Shown piece by piece: positions 19,901 to 30,934 of a DNA stretch of 64,000 nucleotides (positions are counted from its first letter, which is position 1; every line of letters begins with the position of its first letter). The notes beneath the pieces are model-generated. The model saw only the letters and a list, made by a program, of their open reading frames with translations, ran no database searches and was not told where the DNA came from. A program made the translations under genes and the position numbers. The stretch spans positions 37,708 through 101,707 of the forward strand of contig JBLIRO010000005.1 of assembly GCA_049472335.1 (NCBI GenBank), given 5' to 3'. Source of the DNA: a bacterium (lineage in GTDB: Bacteria > SZUA-182 > DTGQ01 > JAFGSM01).

Positions 19901-20899
19901 ATGCCAGAATTGCGGAAAGATCCGATCATTGGGCGCTGGGTTATTATAGCAACCGAAAGAGCAAGAAGACCTTCTGACTTTAAAACCGCCGAAGAAATCA
20001 AAAATACAGGATTTTGTCCTTTCTGTTACGGCAACGAAGACAAAACCCCACCTGAAGTCTTTGCTATGCGCAATCCTTCAACCTGCAGGGATACTCCTGG
20101 CTGGTCTGTCCGTGTGGTACCCAACAAATTTCCTGCACTCGCAATAGAAGGAGGGCTTAATAGACGAGGTGACGGAGTATATGATCGGATGAATGGCGTA
20201 GGCGCCCATGAAGTGATTATAGAAAGCCCTGATCACAACGCATGTTTTGCAGACATGTCGGAGGGTCAGATAGCTGATATTATCAGATCATTTCAAGCCA
20301 GGATCTTGGACCTGAAAAAGGATAACAGATTTAAATATATGTTGATCTTTAAAAACCATGGTAGTGCGGCAGGCGCATCACTTGACCACACCCATTCCCA
20401 GCTCATCGCATTGCCTATAGTACCTAAAAGGGTATCAGAAGAGATCCAAGGTGCTAAAACATATTACCTCTATAAAGAAAGATGTGTATTTTGCGATATC
20501 ATTCAACAAGAGGCAAATGAAAATATCAGGGTAATCAACGAAAATAATGAATTTATGTGTATTGCACCCTTTACGTCAAGATTTCCTTTTGAATCCTGGA
20601 TACTTCCAAAGACTCATGACATCTATTTTGAAGATATCAATAATCATGAGGTCATTTCACTTGCAAAAATCATGAAGGATATTTTGACGAGGATAAAGGT
20701 AGTGCTGAACGATCCCCCCTACAATTTCTTGCTTCACTCTTCCCCTTTCTATGAAAAGGATATCAGCTTTTATCATTGGCATATAGAAATTATTCCAAAG
20801 TTGACAAAAGTGGCAGGTTTTGAGTGGGGAACCGGTTTCTATATCAATCCGACTCCACCGGAAAGTGCCTGCGCATTTCTAAAAGAAGCCAAAATTTAG
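19901..20899 (+). CDS. galT: Galactose-1-phosphate uridylyltransferase family protein
   Basis: ELRKDP, CPFC, VPNKFPAL, GASLDHTHSQ (HxH), AGFEWGTG. Confidence 0.93.
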   Translation: MPELRKDPIIGRWVIIATERARRPSDFKTAEEIKNTGFCPFCYGNEDKTPPEVFAMRNPSTCRDTPGWSVRVVPNKFPALAIEGGLNRRGDGVYDRMNGVGAHEVIIESPDHNACFADMSEGQIADIIRSFQARILDLKKDNRFKYMLIFKNHGSAAGASLDHTHSQLIALPIVPKRVSEEIQGAKTYYLYKERCVFCDIIQQEANENIRVINENNEFMCIAPFTSRFPFESWILPKTHDIYFEDINNHEVISLAKIMKDILTRIKVVLNDPPYNFLLHSSPFYEKDISFYHWHIEIIPKLTKVAGFEWGTGFYINPTPPESACAFLKEAKI

Positions 20900-21222
20900 A
20901 GAATCCTGGTTTTGACCTATTTACAGAAAGCCATTTTGTCTCTTAGCTGCCTTTTTTAGATACTTAAGGCATATATCTTTACCCAAACAAGAATGCAATT
21001 CATTCCATAAACGATTTTTAACAATTTATAAAATCTCTTTTACCTGCCAACTCTTTGAGTTAGAAAATCAATTTTAATCCATACGATTAATTGTTTCAGA
21101 CGGGGAATATTTTGTTTGATGTTTGCGCAATACAAATATAGATTATTTTAAATTATTTTAAAAAATTAGTTTTTTTATTACTTATAAATGTATTTATAAG
21201 CTTAAACATACACTCTACTATA

Positions 21223-21239
21223 TTGGCATCAAATATGCC
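21223..21239 (+). promoter_or_regulatory. Putative sigma-54 (-24/-12) promoter
   Basis: TTGGCATCAAATATGC has GG-N10-GC spacing, about 310 nt upstream of the 21552 ORF in an AT-rich intergenic region. Confidence 0.55.
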
Positions 21240-21551
21240 TATTTATTTAGTCGTCAAGTAAAAAAATTAAACGGCCAGCGTTTAAAAACTTTATCCGAAT
21301 TATTTTAAAACTAAACTTTGTTCTTTGTCATAAAAATATTCTTTTGTGATATTTTAAAAATTCCACCGGAATAAATCCTTTATTATATCACTTTTTTCTG
21401 ATTGGATTTTCAATTAAATCAATTGATTTAAAACCCTCTGATAGAGGGGGGGTGATAGCATTTAAAACTAGTATGATTAATTAATATTATTTGCAGTAAT
21501 AAATTTTATATATAATTTATAATATTTTTCTTTGGTTAGGAGGGGATTAAG

Positions 21552-22217
21552 ATGTTTAAGAGATTAAATGTATTGGCAATATTGATTGCAGCTATTTTTA
21601 TATTAACAACCGCGTTTGGCTCATCTCTTGCGATTGCGGCAGATGATGATGAACCGTCAAAAAGCGCTTCATGGCATGAGACAACTTTCCAGACCGATGC
21701 ATGGGGGAGGACCTGGACAGTTGGACAATTCGGACCGGATGTGGGATACGGAGAGCAAGGGTCTATTTATGAATATACAGATCCAATGTCAGGGGCTTAT
21801 ATCAGTTATTCCAGCACCAGTATGGGTGTAGGAGCTGGTGGTCCTATGATGGGATATGGTGGAATGTTCAGCCCTCTAGCTCAGATTTCTTACGGACCTT
21901 ATGCCGGTGGGGGAAGGCCGCAGGTACAATCGACCCCTGGCTATGATACCATGGGCTATCTTTCAGGATCTCTTTGGGGCAATAATACCAGCTACTATCA
22001 AGCCCAACCGAATTTTATGGCTCAGATGATGTTTGGCCTTGGTGGATTTGGTGGCGGTCTGTTTGGCGGCGGCGGCTATGGCGGTGGTTACTCTGGCGCT
22101 TACTCTGGTGGCTATGGTGCTTCTTATGGTGGCTTCGGAGGATATTCACCTTTTGGCGGCTTCGGCGGCTTCAGTGGATTTGGCGGCTTCGGTGGTTATC
22201 CTACGAGAATTTACTAA
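21552..22217 (+). CDS. Exported Gly/Tyr/Phe-rich low-complexity protein
   Basis: GGAGG RBS, signal peptide ending SLAIA, C-terminal GGYGG/GGFGG repeats. Confidence 0.8.
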   Translation: MFKRLNVLAILIAAIFILTTAFGSSLAIAADDDEPSKSASWHETTFQTDAWGRTWTVGQFGPDVGYGEQGSIYEYTDPMSGAYISYSSTSMGVGAGGPMMGYGGMFSPLAQISYGPYAGGGRPQVQSTPGYDTMGYLSGSLWGNNTSYYQAQPNFMAQMMFGLGGFGGGLFGGGGYGGGYSGAYSGGYGASYGGFGGYSPFGGFGGFSGFGGFGGYPTRIY

Positions 22218-22302
22218 TCTGAATTTGGTTTACTAATGATATAATGATCTTACAAGAAGTCTTGGAAAGGTTGAACGTTGAGTAGAATTGCGGTTGCTTT
22301 CG

Positions 22303-22344
22303 AAGGCCGGGCTTCTGGCAAAAGAAGTCCGGCCTTTTATTTTG
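22303..22344. terminator. Intrinsic terminator between convergent genes
   Basis: Stem aaggccgggcttct / agaagtccggcctt followed by T-rich tract. Confidence 0.7.
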
Positions 22345-23416
22345 GAAATGCCCTGTAAGCCTCCTCCAGGAAAACCAGGAATCTGTCGGACTCCAAATCA
22401 AAATCCTCTTTTATACGAATTTGCACCTGTTCCGTATCTTTATCCCAATCCTTAATAAATACTGAGCTTAGTGCAGGTTCTTCCTCTTGAAAAATTTCTT
22501 CATTATCGAACTGGGCAATTTTAAGGGTCATAGCAATATCATCTAAACTAAATGAACCCATGCTTACAAAGAAATCCAGCCTGAGAATATTCGGAGCGGT
22601 AGTAATATTCAGCCAATCCGAGCTTCTAATCCGATAGGTTATGTAACTTTTCTGATTCCATATGGGACCGTCCATATTAAAATTTTCATGAAGTATCTTG
22701 TCCAGCTTTAGACACATCTGCTTAGTTTCAGGGCTGCATCTTTTATCCAGGTGCCATATCTTCCATTTTGAATCCAAATCGTCCTCTTCGGGCTCTGATT
22801 CTTCTGCTTCGAAGATATTATCCGGCTGAGCCGCAATTATAAAATTAGGCTGTATCAGTATTATCTCTCCATCCTTGAAAGCCTGTAATTCGACAACCGT
22901 AATATGAACACCTTGTTCCTTCAGCCAGGTTGCAAACTTGACTATCTTTTCATTGATTTCAGAGCCCGCAATAACCACCCTTTGGTATCTATTTATTTCC
23001 GGTTTTTCCCCTACTCCGGAATCCTCACAGAATGACTCAAATAATGCATTTAAATTGAAACCAGTATCACCGGTTTTTCCCAGAAAGGTCCTCGACTGGG
23101 TTTCAAAATCCTCAAGCCCCCATTTGGAAATGTGACTTACATATTTAAGTGCGCTAAATTCCGATTTATCTTTTTTATCCTTACCTATAAGTTCAATAAT
23201 TACTGAATTTCCTCGCCTGTCAAGGGCCAGAAAATCCAATTTATCATCTGTTTCAGGAATTAAAACCTGTTGACCGATTAATAAAAACGGCTCCCCTAAA
23301 ATTCGAGGATCAGCGATAATCTTTTCATTAAGATCTTCGTCCAGAAATTTTTCCTGGGCAATTCGCATTTCAGGCTTATATCTTTTCTTCCTATCCGCAA
23401 TCTTCCATTCAGGCAT
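22337..23416 (-). CDS. NucS/EndoMS-like PD-(D/E)xK fold protein, possibly inactive
   Basis: EKFLDEDL, LIGQQV, LDFLALDRRGNSVIIELIG (Ile at the expected catalytic Lys). Confidence 0.65.
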   Translation of the reverse strand: MPEWKIADRKKRYKPEMRIAQEKFLDEDLNEKIIADPRILGEPFLLIGQQVLIPETDDKLDFLALDRRGNSVIIELIGKDKKDKSEFSALKYVSHISKWGLEDFETQSRTFLGKTGDTGFNLNALFESFCEDSGVGEKPEINRYQRVVIAGSEINEKIVKFATWLKEQGVHITVVELQAFKDGEIILIQPNFIIAAQPDNIFEAEESEPEEDDLDSKWKIWHLDKRCSPETKQMCLKLDKILHENFNMDGPIWNQKSYITYRIRSSDWLNITTAPNILRLDFFVSMGSFSLDDIAMTLKIAQFDNEEIFQEEEPALSSVFIKDWDKDTEQVQIRIKEDFDLESDRFLVFLEEAYRAFPK

Positions 23417-23546
23417 TCTTATTTATGTTCTCCATCTTTTTACAAGGTATCATTCCCCAGGGAAAAAATAAAATCAGAGGGAATTAAATGTTATAAAAAA
23501 TTTATCAAAAATTACCAATTTATATAGACAATGTCAAGACTTGCCT

Positions 23547-23574
23547 TTGATACCCTTTAGCTAAAGGGTATCAA
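23547..23574. repeat. Perfect 28-bp palindrome
   Basis: TTGATACCCTTTAG|CTAAAGGGTATCAA. Confidence 0.9.
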
Positions 23575-23883
23575 TATTGTTTAAAGCCGGACATTAAAAA
23601 CATTCATAGGCCCTTATCGAAAAGGCTTCTCATTTTAACCTGAATCTTCTTCTCTTTATTATGGTTTTTATTCATGATTTTGAAAATATCATTTGATTAT
23701 TTGTTTTGACAAAACACTAAATCTTTTCTATACTTTTTGGTGTAAAAATGAATTGTTTTATCATTTTTCTCTTTCCTCTTTACTCAAGCTGAGGTAGAGA
23801 TTTAGCGGCCTTGACTTTTTACGAATCCATCAATTTTGACATTCAATCTTAACCATCGATTAAAAATTCAATAAAAATTTTTT

Positions 23884-26800
23884 ATGGATGACAACAAAGA
23901 CTACTTTATAAGGATCAAAGGGGCAAGACAAAATAATCTAAAAGGCTTCGACTGCCGGATACCCCTGAATCAGATCACGGTGATCACCGGTGTGAGCGGC
24001 TCAGGAAAGTCGAGTCTCGCATTCGACACCCTCTACGCTGAAGGTCAGAGGCGTTACATAGAGACCTTCTCACCCTATGCCAGACAGTTCATGGATCGAA
24101 TGGATAAGCCAAATGTGGAAAGTATCGAAGGCATTCCCCCTGCCATCGCCATTGAACAGGGGAGCCCGGTCCGGACATCCAGATCCACAGTAGGAACAAT
24201 CACAGAGCTAACCGATTTTACAAAACTCCTGTTCGCCAGGATCGGTGAGCTATATTGCCGAAATTGTTCGAGAAAGGTCATCCGGGATACCCCGGACTCC
24301 ATCTGGGAAGCATTGTCAAAAGAAAGGCAGGATAGCCGGATAATCATTGCATTCCCTTGTCAAAAGGGGGACCTCGATCCTAAACTGGTCAGGGAAGGAT
24401 TGATGCGTGAGGGTTTTTCCAGGGTGATTGAGGGAGAGGAAGTCATAGAAATAGAATCTTCAAGACTGGATTCTCCTTCCATTAAGGTAGTTGTGGACCG
24501 TCTTGTATTAAAGCAGGAAATAAAAAGCAGGGCAATCGATTCCATAGAACAGGCCTTGCGGTTCGGACACGGCCGTGCACTCGTTAAGGTCATGGACAAT
24601 GGAACTCTGATGTTCAGCTCACATTTACACTGTGCTTACTGCGATATTAATTATAAAGATCCTATGCCTAACCTCTTCTCCTTTAACAGCCCTTTGGGTG
24701 CCTGCAGCACATGCAGGGGGTTCGGAAGGACCATAGATATCGATCTTGAAAAGGTGATCCCCAATCCGAGGCTCTCACTCGAATCAGGGGCTATTAGACC
24801 CTGGGACACAGATAGCCATGAATATCGAGATCTTATTAGATTCTGCAATCGCTCAGGAATCCCTGTCCATATCCCTTTTAACCAATTAAAGGAGGAAGAG
24901 AAACAAGCGATCATAGAAGGAGGTAATGGGTTCTATGGTGTGAAAGGATTTTTCAGATGGCTCGAGAGCAAGTCCTACAAGATGCATGTACGGGTATTTC
25001 TTTCACGATACAGGGGCTATTTCACATGTCCCGTCTGCAGGGGCGCCCGGTTCAAGCCTGAAGCTCTTCTTTATAGGATTGGCAATCTCAATATCGCTCA
25101 GATCTATTCCCTGTCCATAGAAAGGGCCTCTGATTTTTTCGAAAAACTTTCCAAAGACCGGCTTGATGACGCGTCCAGCATGATCATGACAGAGATCACG
25201 AACAGGTTAAGATATCTAAACGAGATAGGCCTCTCTTACCTTGCACTGGATCGGCAGTCCCGGACTCTTTCAGGGGGTGAGGTAGAAAGGGTCAGTCTCA
25301 CCAAGGCACTGGGATCATCTCTGGTAAACACACTCTATGTCCTTGATGAACCCAGTGTCGGACTCCATCCGAGGGACAGCAAACGTCTTGTAAGGCTGTT
25401 AAATGAGCTTTCCGAACATAACACGGTTATTGTGGTGGAACATGATCCTGAAATTATTCGCGGTGGCCATAATCTCCTGGATCTGGGTCCGGGGGCGGGG
25501 AAAGATGGCGGCAGGGTGGTTTACTCCGGCCCCATATCCGAAATCCATACTGCCGGGGAATCAACAACCATCGATTACCTTACAGGAAGGTCAGAGATCC
25601 CTATACCTCCCCGGCGCAGACAGCCGGAGCCTGAAAGATTTATCCGAATTTACGGTTGCAGCGAGCATAACCTGAAAAACATCGATATCTCAATCCCTCT
25701 CGGTCTTATGGTCTGTATCACTGGTGTCTCCGGCTCCGGAAAAAGCACACTTGCCGAAGATATCATATTTAAAGGTATTCGCAAAGAGAAAGGATTCTCT
25801 GCCGAAAGACCGGGCATGTATAATTCAATGGAGGGTCTCGATAATATTGAAAACTGCGTCTTGATAGATCAAAGCCCCATTGGCAGGACACCAAGATCCA
25901 ATCCCCTGACCTATATAGGGGCCTTTGACCCGATACGCAAATTGCTCTCACAAACACCTGTTGCAAAAGAGAGAGGATATAAACCGGGTATATTCTCCTT
26001 CAATGTCCCGGGGGGCAGATGTGAGACCTGTATGGGAAACGGTTTCGAAAAGGTTGAGATGCAGTTTCTTTCCGACATATTTATTACATGCCCGGACTGC
26101 AAAGGACTTCGCTTCAGGAGAGAAGTACTCGATGTCACATACAAGGGAAAATCCGTAGGGGATATCCTTGGTATGACCCTTTCGGAGGCAAATGCCTTCT
26201 TTGCAGATATACCCGCAATCACAGCCATGTTTAAACCCATAATGGATTCAGGATTGGAATACCTCTGTCTTGGCCAGCCCATTAATACCCTTTCAGGCGG
26301 AGAGGCCCAGAGACTGAAATTGTCCAAACACCTTGGATTCCGCAGCACGCGCAACCTGCTTTATATATTCGACGAACCTTCCACAGGATTGCACTTCTCT
26401 GATATCAAAAAACTCATGGACGCATTTCAACGACTTGTTAAAGAGGGAAAGACACTTCTGATAATAGAGCATAACATGGATATAGTGAAATGCGCGGACT
26501 ATATCATAGATCTAGGCCCTGAAGGCGGAGAAAACGGAGGGAGGATTGTGGCTGAAGGCACACCCGAAAAGGCCTCCGAAGTAAAGGATTCCCATACGGG
26601 AAGGTTCCTGAGGAGATATCTGAAAAGATCCGCATCTGGACGGCTCAACACAAGAACATTAACAATCCCGAAAGTAATACAATCAAATGGAAATATCAAA
26701 ATAACCGGCGCAAAAGAGCACAATCTGAAAAATATCACTGTAACCATACCCAGAAACAAGATGGTCGTCATTACAGGGATAAGCGGCTCCGGAAAATCTA

Positions 26801-29214
26801 CCCTTGCCTTTGATGTGCTTTTCGCGGAAGGCCAGCGCCGTTATATAGAGAGCCTGCCCACTTATGTGAGGCAGTATCTCAAGATCATGGAACGAAGCAA
26901 TGTGGATCTTATCACGGGAATACCTCCAACTGTAGCCATTGAACAAAGGATGAACATACTTCACCGGAGGTCCACCGTGGCAACCATCACTGAGATCTAT
27001 CACTATCTTCGCCTCCTGTTCAGCAAGATCGGAACCTTGCACTGCCGGTGCGGCAAGCCCCTCTCTCCCCAGTCTGAGGAAGATATCCTCAATCGACTAA
27101 TAAAATACTTTAATAATCATGATTTTATGATTATGGTGCCTAAGGTTATCAAGCGTAAAGGAGTTCATAAGGACATCATGGCGCTGGCTGCAAAAAAAGG
27201 ATATACTCATGCCAGGGTAGATGGTACAGTTGTCGATCTGGAAACACCACCGGAATTGGATCGTTACAAAGAGCATTCCATAGACATTGTAATTGACCGC
27301 GTGAAAGTGCTCCGGGAGAATAGGGAGCAGTTGGCATCATCCGTCTTTTTTGCACTCAATGAAGGCAAAGGTCAATTTTATGCAATTGACACGAAAAACA
27401 ATCATGAGGAGATCTTCAGCAGAAAAGGTTTTTGCCCCCGGTGTGAAACAGCTTATGAGCCAATCGATCCAAGGCTCTTTTCCTTTAACAGCCGGTACGG
27501 AGGTTGTTCGGCCTGTGACGGTCTGGGCACCCTTTCAGAAAATGGCAGCCCCTGTCCGGAGTGTAACGGGAAAAGGCTGAATGAACGCGCCCTCTCAGTT
27601 AAGATAGCAGATTATACCATAGCTGACATGTCCGCCCTTACTGTGGAAGGTTCCATATGGTTTTTTCCGTCTATGCGTTTTTCGGAGAGAGAACAGGTCA
27701 TAGCAGACCTCCTTATCCCCGAGATCCTAGCAAGGCTGGAATTCCTTAAAAAGGTCGGCCTCTCCTACCTCAGCCTCGACAGGAGCGGTGACACCCTTTC
27801 CGGAGGGGAAACCCAGCGCATAAGGCTTGCAGCGCAACTCGGCTCAAACCTGATCGGGGTATGTTACATCCTGGACGAACCCACGATCGGCCTTCACCCG
27901 AGAGATAACGCAGTCCTGCTTGATACCCTGTTGCAACTCAGGGACAGGGGAAACAGTGTCATTGTGGTGGAACATGATGAGGAAACCATTCGCAGAGCAG
28001 ACCATGTACTGGATCTGGGTCCGGAAGCAGGTATCCATGGAGGCCGAATTGTGGCCCAGGGGACTCCGGATTCCATCCAGAATGAACCGGGCTCTGTTAC
28101 CGGGAGATGGCTGGTTACAACAAAGAGGCAACGAATCACATCCCGATCCAGAAAGGCAAAAGAAGGAAAATGGCTCATGATTAAAGGGGCTTCTGTTTAC
28201 AATCTCAAGGAGATTGATGTCGGCATACCTCTCGGCACATTGGTATGCATCACAGGGGTATCGGGTTCGGGAAAGAGCACGCTTCTTAGGGAGGTCATCT
28301 TAAAGAGGATTCAAGACCTTTTACGTAAAAAAGAACTATGCCAAAATACATGCAAGGCAATTGAAGGCTGGGAAAACCTGGAGCGTATACTTGAGGTAGA
28401 CCATTCACCAATAGGAAAGACACCCCGCTCCACTCCGGGAACATATATCGGTTTCCATGATGCCATTCGTAAGCTCTTTGCCATGCTGCCCGAATCGAGG
28501 ATGCGCGGTTATAAGGCAGGCAGGTTCTCCTTTAATACAAAGGGGGGGCGCTGCGAGGCATGCGCTGGTCAGGGCAGGATCAAGGTGGAAATGAGCTTCC
28601 TGCCGGATGTATATATCGATTGTGAGGTATGCGGATGCAAACGCTTCAACGAAGAAACCCTCAATGTTGCCTACAGGGGTAAAAATATAGCGGAGGTCCT
28701 CGATTTGACAATCGAAGAAGGCTTAAGCCTGTTTTTAAATATACCTAAAATTTCACCTTCACTAAAGCTCCTGCTCGATATGGGGCTCGGATATCTAAAA
28801 ATCGGTCAGGCGAGCAATACCCTGTCGGGGGGTGAGGCACAACGCATTAAACTCGCCTACGAGCTGACCAAAAAAAGTCATGGTAAGACATTATATATAC
28901 TCGATGAACCAACCACAGGCCTTCATCTAGCTGATATAAAAAAACTGATGGGAGTTCTCCAAAAGCTTGTGGATCTCGGAAATACGATTTTGGTCATCGA
29001 ACACAATCTCGATGTTATCAAAGAGGCTGACTATATAATCGATTTAGGACCGGAAGGCGGAGAGGGAGGCGGGTTGGTTGTTGCACAAGGGTCCCCCTGG
29101 GATATCCTTCAACATGCGGCTGTATCCCATACCGCCAAATTCCTTAAAAAGTACCTGGAGCCTGTCCAAAAACCCGGTAAAACATTACCTGATAAGATCG
29201 TAAATAGTCATTGA
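23884..29214 (+). CDS. uvrA: Excinuclease ABC subunit A, double-length (two UvrA modules)
   Basis: Four Walker A motifs (GVSGSGKS/GISGSGKS), four LSGGE signatures, Zn fingers; 1776 aa. Confidence 0.95.
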   Translation: MDDNKDYFIRIKGARQNNLKGFDCRIPLNQITVITGVSGSGKSSLAFDTLYAEGQRRYIETFSPYARQFMDRMDKPNVESIEGIPPAIAIEQGSPVRTSRSTVGTITELTDFTKLLFARIGELYCRNCSRKVIRDTPDSIWEALSKERQDSRIIIAFPCQKGDLDPKLVREGLMREGFSRVIEGEEVIEIESSRLDSPSIKVVVDRLVLKQEIKSRAIDSIEQALRFGHGRALVKVMDNGTLMFSSHLHCAYCDINYKDPMPNLFSFNSPLGACSTCRGFGRTIDIDLEKVIPNPRLSLESGAIRPWDTDSHEYRDLIRFCNRSGIPVHIPFNQLKEEEKQAIIEGGNGFYGVKGFFRWLESKSYKMHVRVFLSRYRGYFTCPVCRGARFKPEALLYRIGNLNIAQIYSLSIERASDFFEKLSKDRLDDASSMIMTEITNRLRYLNEIGLSYLALDRQSRTLSGGEVERVSLTKALGSSLVNTLYVLDEPSVGLHPRDSKRLVRLLNELSEHNTVIVVEHDPEIIRGGHNLLDLGPGAGKDGGRVVYSGPISEIHTAGESTTIDYLTGRSEIPIPPRRRQPEPERFIRIYGCSEHNLKNIDISIPLGLMVCITGVSGSGKSTLAEDIIFKGIRKEKGFSAERPGMYNSMEGLDNIENCVLIDQSPIGRTPRSNPLTYIGAFDPIRKLLSQTPVAKERGYKPGIFSFNVPGGRCETCMGNGFEKVEMQFLSDIFITCPDCKGLRFRREVLDVTYKGKSVGDILGMTLSEANAFFADIPAITAMFKPIMDSGLEYLCLGQPINTLSGGEAQRLKLSKHLGFRSTRNLLYIFDEPSTGLHFSDIKKLMDAFQRLVKEGKTLLIIEHNMDIVKCADYIIDLGPEGGENGGRIVAEGTPEKASEVKDSHTGRFLRRYLKRSASGRLNTRTLTIPKVIQSNGNIKITGAKEHNLKNITVTIPRNKMVVITGISGSGKSTLAFDVLFAEGQRRYIESLPTYVRQYLKIMERSNVDLITGIPPTVAIEQRMNILHRRSTVATITEIYHYLRLLFSKIGTLHCRCGKPLSPQSEEDILNRLIKYFNNHDFMIMVPKVIKRKGVHKDIMALAAKKGYTHARVDGTVVDLETPPELDRYKEHSIDIVIDRVKVLRENREQLASSVFFALNEGKGQFYAIDTKNNHEEIFSRKGFCPRCETAYEPIDPRLFSFNSRYGGCSACDGLGTLSENGSPCPECNGKRLNERALSVKIADYTIADMSALTVEGSIWFFPSMRFSEREQVIADLLIPEILARLEFLKKVGLSYLSLDRSGDTLSGGETQRIRLAAQLGSNLIGVCYILDEPTIGLHPRDNAVLLDTLLQLRDRGNSVIVVEHDEETIRRADHVLDLGPEAGIHGGRIVAQGTPDSIQNEPGSVTGRWLVTTKRQRITSRSRKAKEGKWLMIKGASVYNLKEIDVGIPLGTLVCITGVSGSGKSTLLREVILKRIQDLLRKKELCQNTCKAIEGWENLERILEVDHSPIGKTPRSTPGTYIGFHDAIRKLFAMLPESRMRGYKAGRFSFNTKGGRCEACAGQGRIKVEMSFLPDVYIDCEVCGCKRFNEETLNVAYRGKNIAEVLDLTIEEGLSLFLNIPKISPSLKLLLDMGLGYLKIGQASNTLSGGEAQRIKLAYELTKKSHGKTLYILDEPTTGLHLADIKKLMGVLQKLVDLGNTILVIEHNLDVIKEADYIIDLGPEGGEGGGLVVAQGSPWDILQHAAVSHTAKFLKKYLEPVQKPGKTLPDKIVNSH

Positions 29215-29235
29215 AGGTGTCTTTTATTTATCCAC

Positions 29236-29601
29236 TTATCTTCTCTGATCATCCCCCCCGTCATCGATTTCCAATTCCTTTATCTCAAGCTCTTTTCCCG
29301 CAACCATTTCCACATCTAATCCATCGCAATGCGGACAGATCATGAACGGATCCTCAGCAACAATAACCTTTCTGCATTCATTACATTTTATGCATATAGG
29401 TACTTCCTCAATATCTAAAGAAGCATCCTCAGCCACGCTTCCTTTACGAATAATCTCAAAGGCAAATCTTAAAGCGTCAGGAACAACACCGCTAAGTTTC
29501 CCTACGCGAAGCCTGATTAGTGTTACCTTTGCCTTATTAAAGGGCGCAGCTTCCTTTTCGACAATCTCAAGCATGCTCTGTGCTATGGAGAGTTCATGCA
29601 T
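29236..29601 (-). CDS. hypA: Hydrogenase nickel metallochaperone HypA
   Basis: MHELSIA, CNEC..CPHC, GKEL. Confidence 0.95.
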   Translation of the reverse strand: MHELSIAQSMLEIVEKEAAPFNKAKVTLIRLRVGKLSGVVPDALRFAFEIIRKGSVAEDASLDIEEVPICIKCNECRKVIVAEDPFMICPHCDGLDVEMVAGKELEIKELEIDDGGDDQRR

Positions 29602-29625
29602 ATTAGCAATAATGATAATCTCTTA

Positions 29626-29919
29626 CTATCGTGAAGTATATCTTCTTTGGCCAAATCTACCGCCTTTACCGCTCTTTTCTTTAGCCATATTTACCTTTAT
29701 AGCCTGGCCTTCCATCTCCTTACCATCCTGTTCGAGCGCCTTTTCTGCTGCCTGTTGTGTTGCAAAGGTAATAAATGCGAATCCTCTGGATCGTCCTGTG
29801 TCCCTGTCCCGGATCAATTTTATTTCATCCATATCACCATAAGCCGAAAACACCTCTTCGAGTTTTGCCTCGTCAATCGTGTAGGGCAAGTTACCTACAT
29901 ATAATTTATTTTGTTGCAT
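29626..29919 (-). CDS. RRM RNA-binding protein
   Basis: KLYVGNL (RNP2), RGFAFITF (RNP1). Confidence 0.95.
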   Translation of the reverse strand: MQQNKLYVGNLPYTIDEAKLEEVFSAYGDMDEIKLIRDRDTGRSRGFAFITFATQQAAEKALEQDGKEMEGQAIKVNMAKEKSGKGGRFGQRRYTSR

Positions 29920-30934
29920 TACAACCTCCGTAAAAAATATTTTTTTAAATAATACACCACACTAGTTAAGTGTATCTAGAAAGCGACTAATAAGCCGACA
30001 ATATTTTCTTCAGACACACCTTTTCCTACCAAAATCCAACTAAATAATCATATACAAATCCCCCTCTGTCAATAAAAACAGCATAATATTAAATATCAGC
30101 AATGCCATTTGATTAGCAAAGCTTCCGGCAAATCTGATTTTTACAATAAACTCCATTCACAAAAAACCGGATATTATAAAATAACAAGCTAAACGATTGC
30201 CATGAGCCTCCGACATTTCCAAACATGAAGCACAATCGTTATCAATCAAATCGAAGCGTAGTCAGTCGTATACAATCTATTAACTTCAACAGGATACTGA
30301 TTTTAGCTTTAAATTCGTGTTTGATACTTTTTATATTATCTGGATTAAATATTTTAATCAGTTCAACGGTGGGATCACAGGACAAAAAGGAGCTGAAGCA
30401 ACACCTATTTTGGAAAGATCCTCATTTATTGATTAAATTATTAACCCCCCTCTATACCTCTAAACCTTCTATAGAACTAATCTGATAGCATTTCACCTCA
30501 CCACTATATTTATCAGCCAGAAGGTCATGTTTTTCATTTGCCTCACTCTCAAGGCTTCTATTATTTTTGGCGAGTTATATCATAGAATCGCTTGGCAAAG
30601 ATTGGGAAACAAATTTTAATTGTGATTGAGATATTATACCAATTATTAAAACATACTACATATATTATATATTTGCAAGAGGAAATTTAAATCAAATTTA
30701 GCCAAATCCTGGGTAAGGGCATGATAATCTCTTTATATTTCCAAATGGTCTGATGCATTTCTCTCATAGTATCTTGTTCTTTATTGACCTCACTCTATGT
30801 TATGACTTATACTTTGTATCAAAAGATTCATTGTCCTTTAAAATAATTTATGTTCCTGTATACAGGATGATATTTCCAGGGCAAATATCAGCATCTCCTG
30901 TTTATATTCTCAATGAAAGGATGCGTTTGGAAAG

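Noticed and set aside
24075..28180. Numerous antisense/overlapping ORFs in the six-frame track (also within valS, hydrogenase, purD and RND genes)
   Set aside because: Shadow ORFs of well-supported genes, with no independent motifs.
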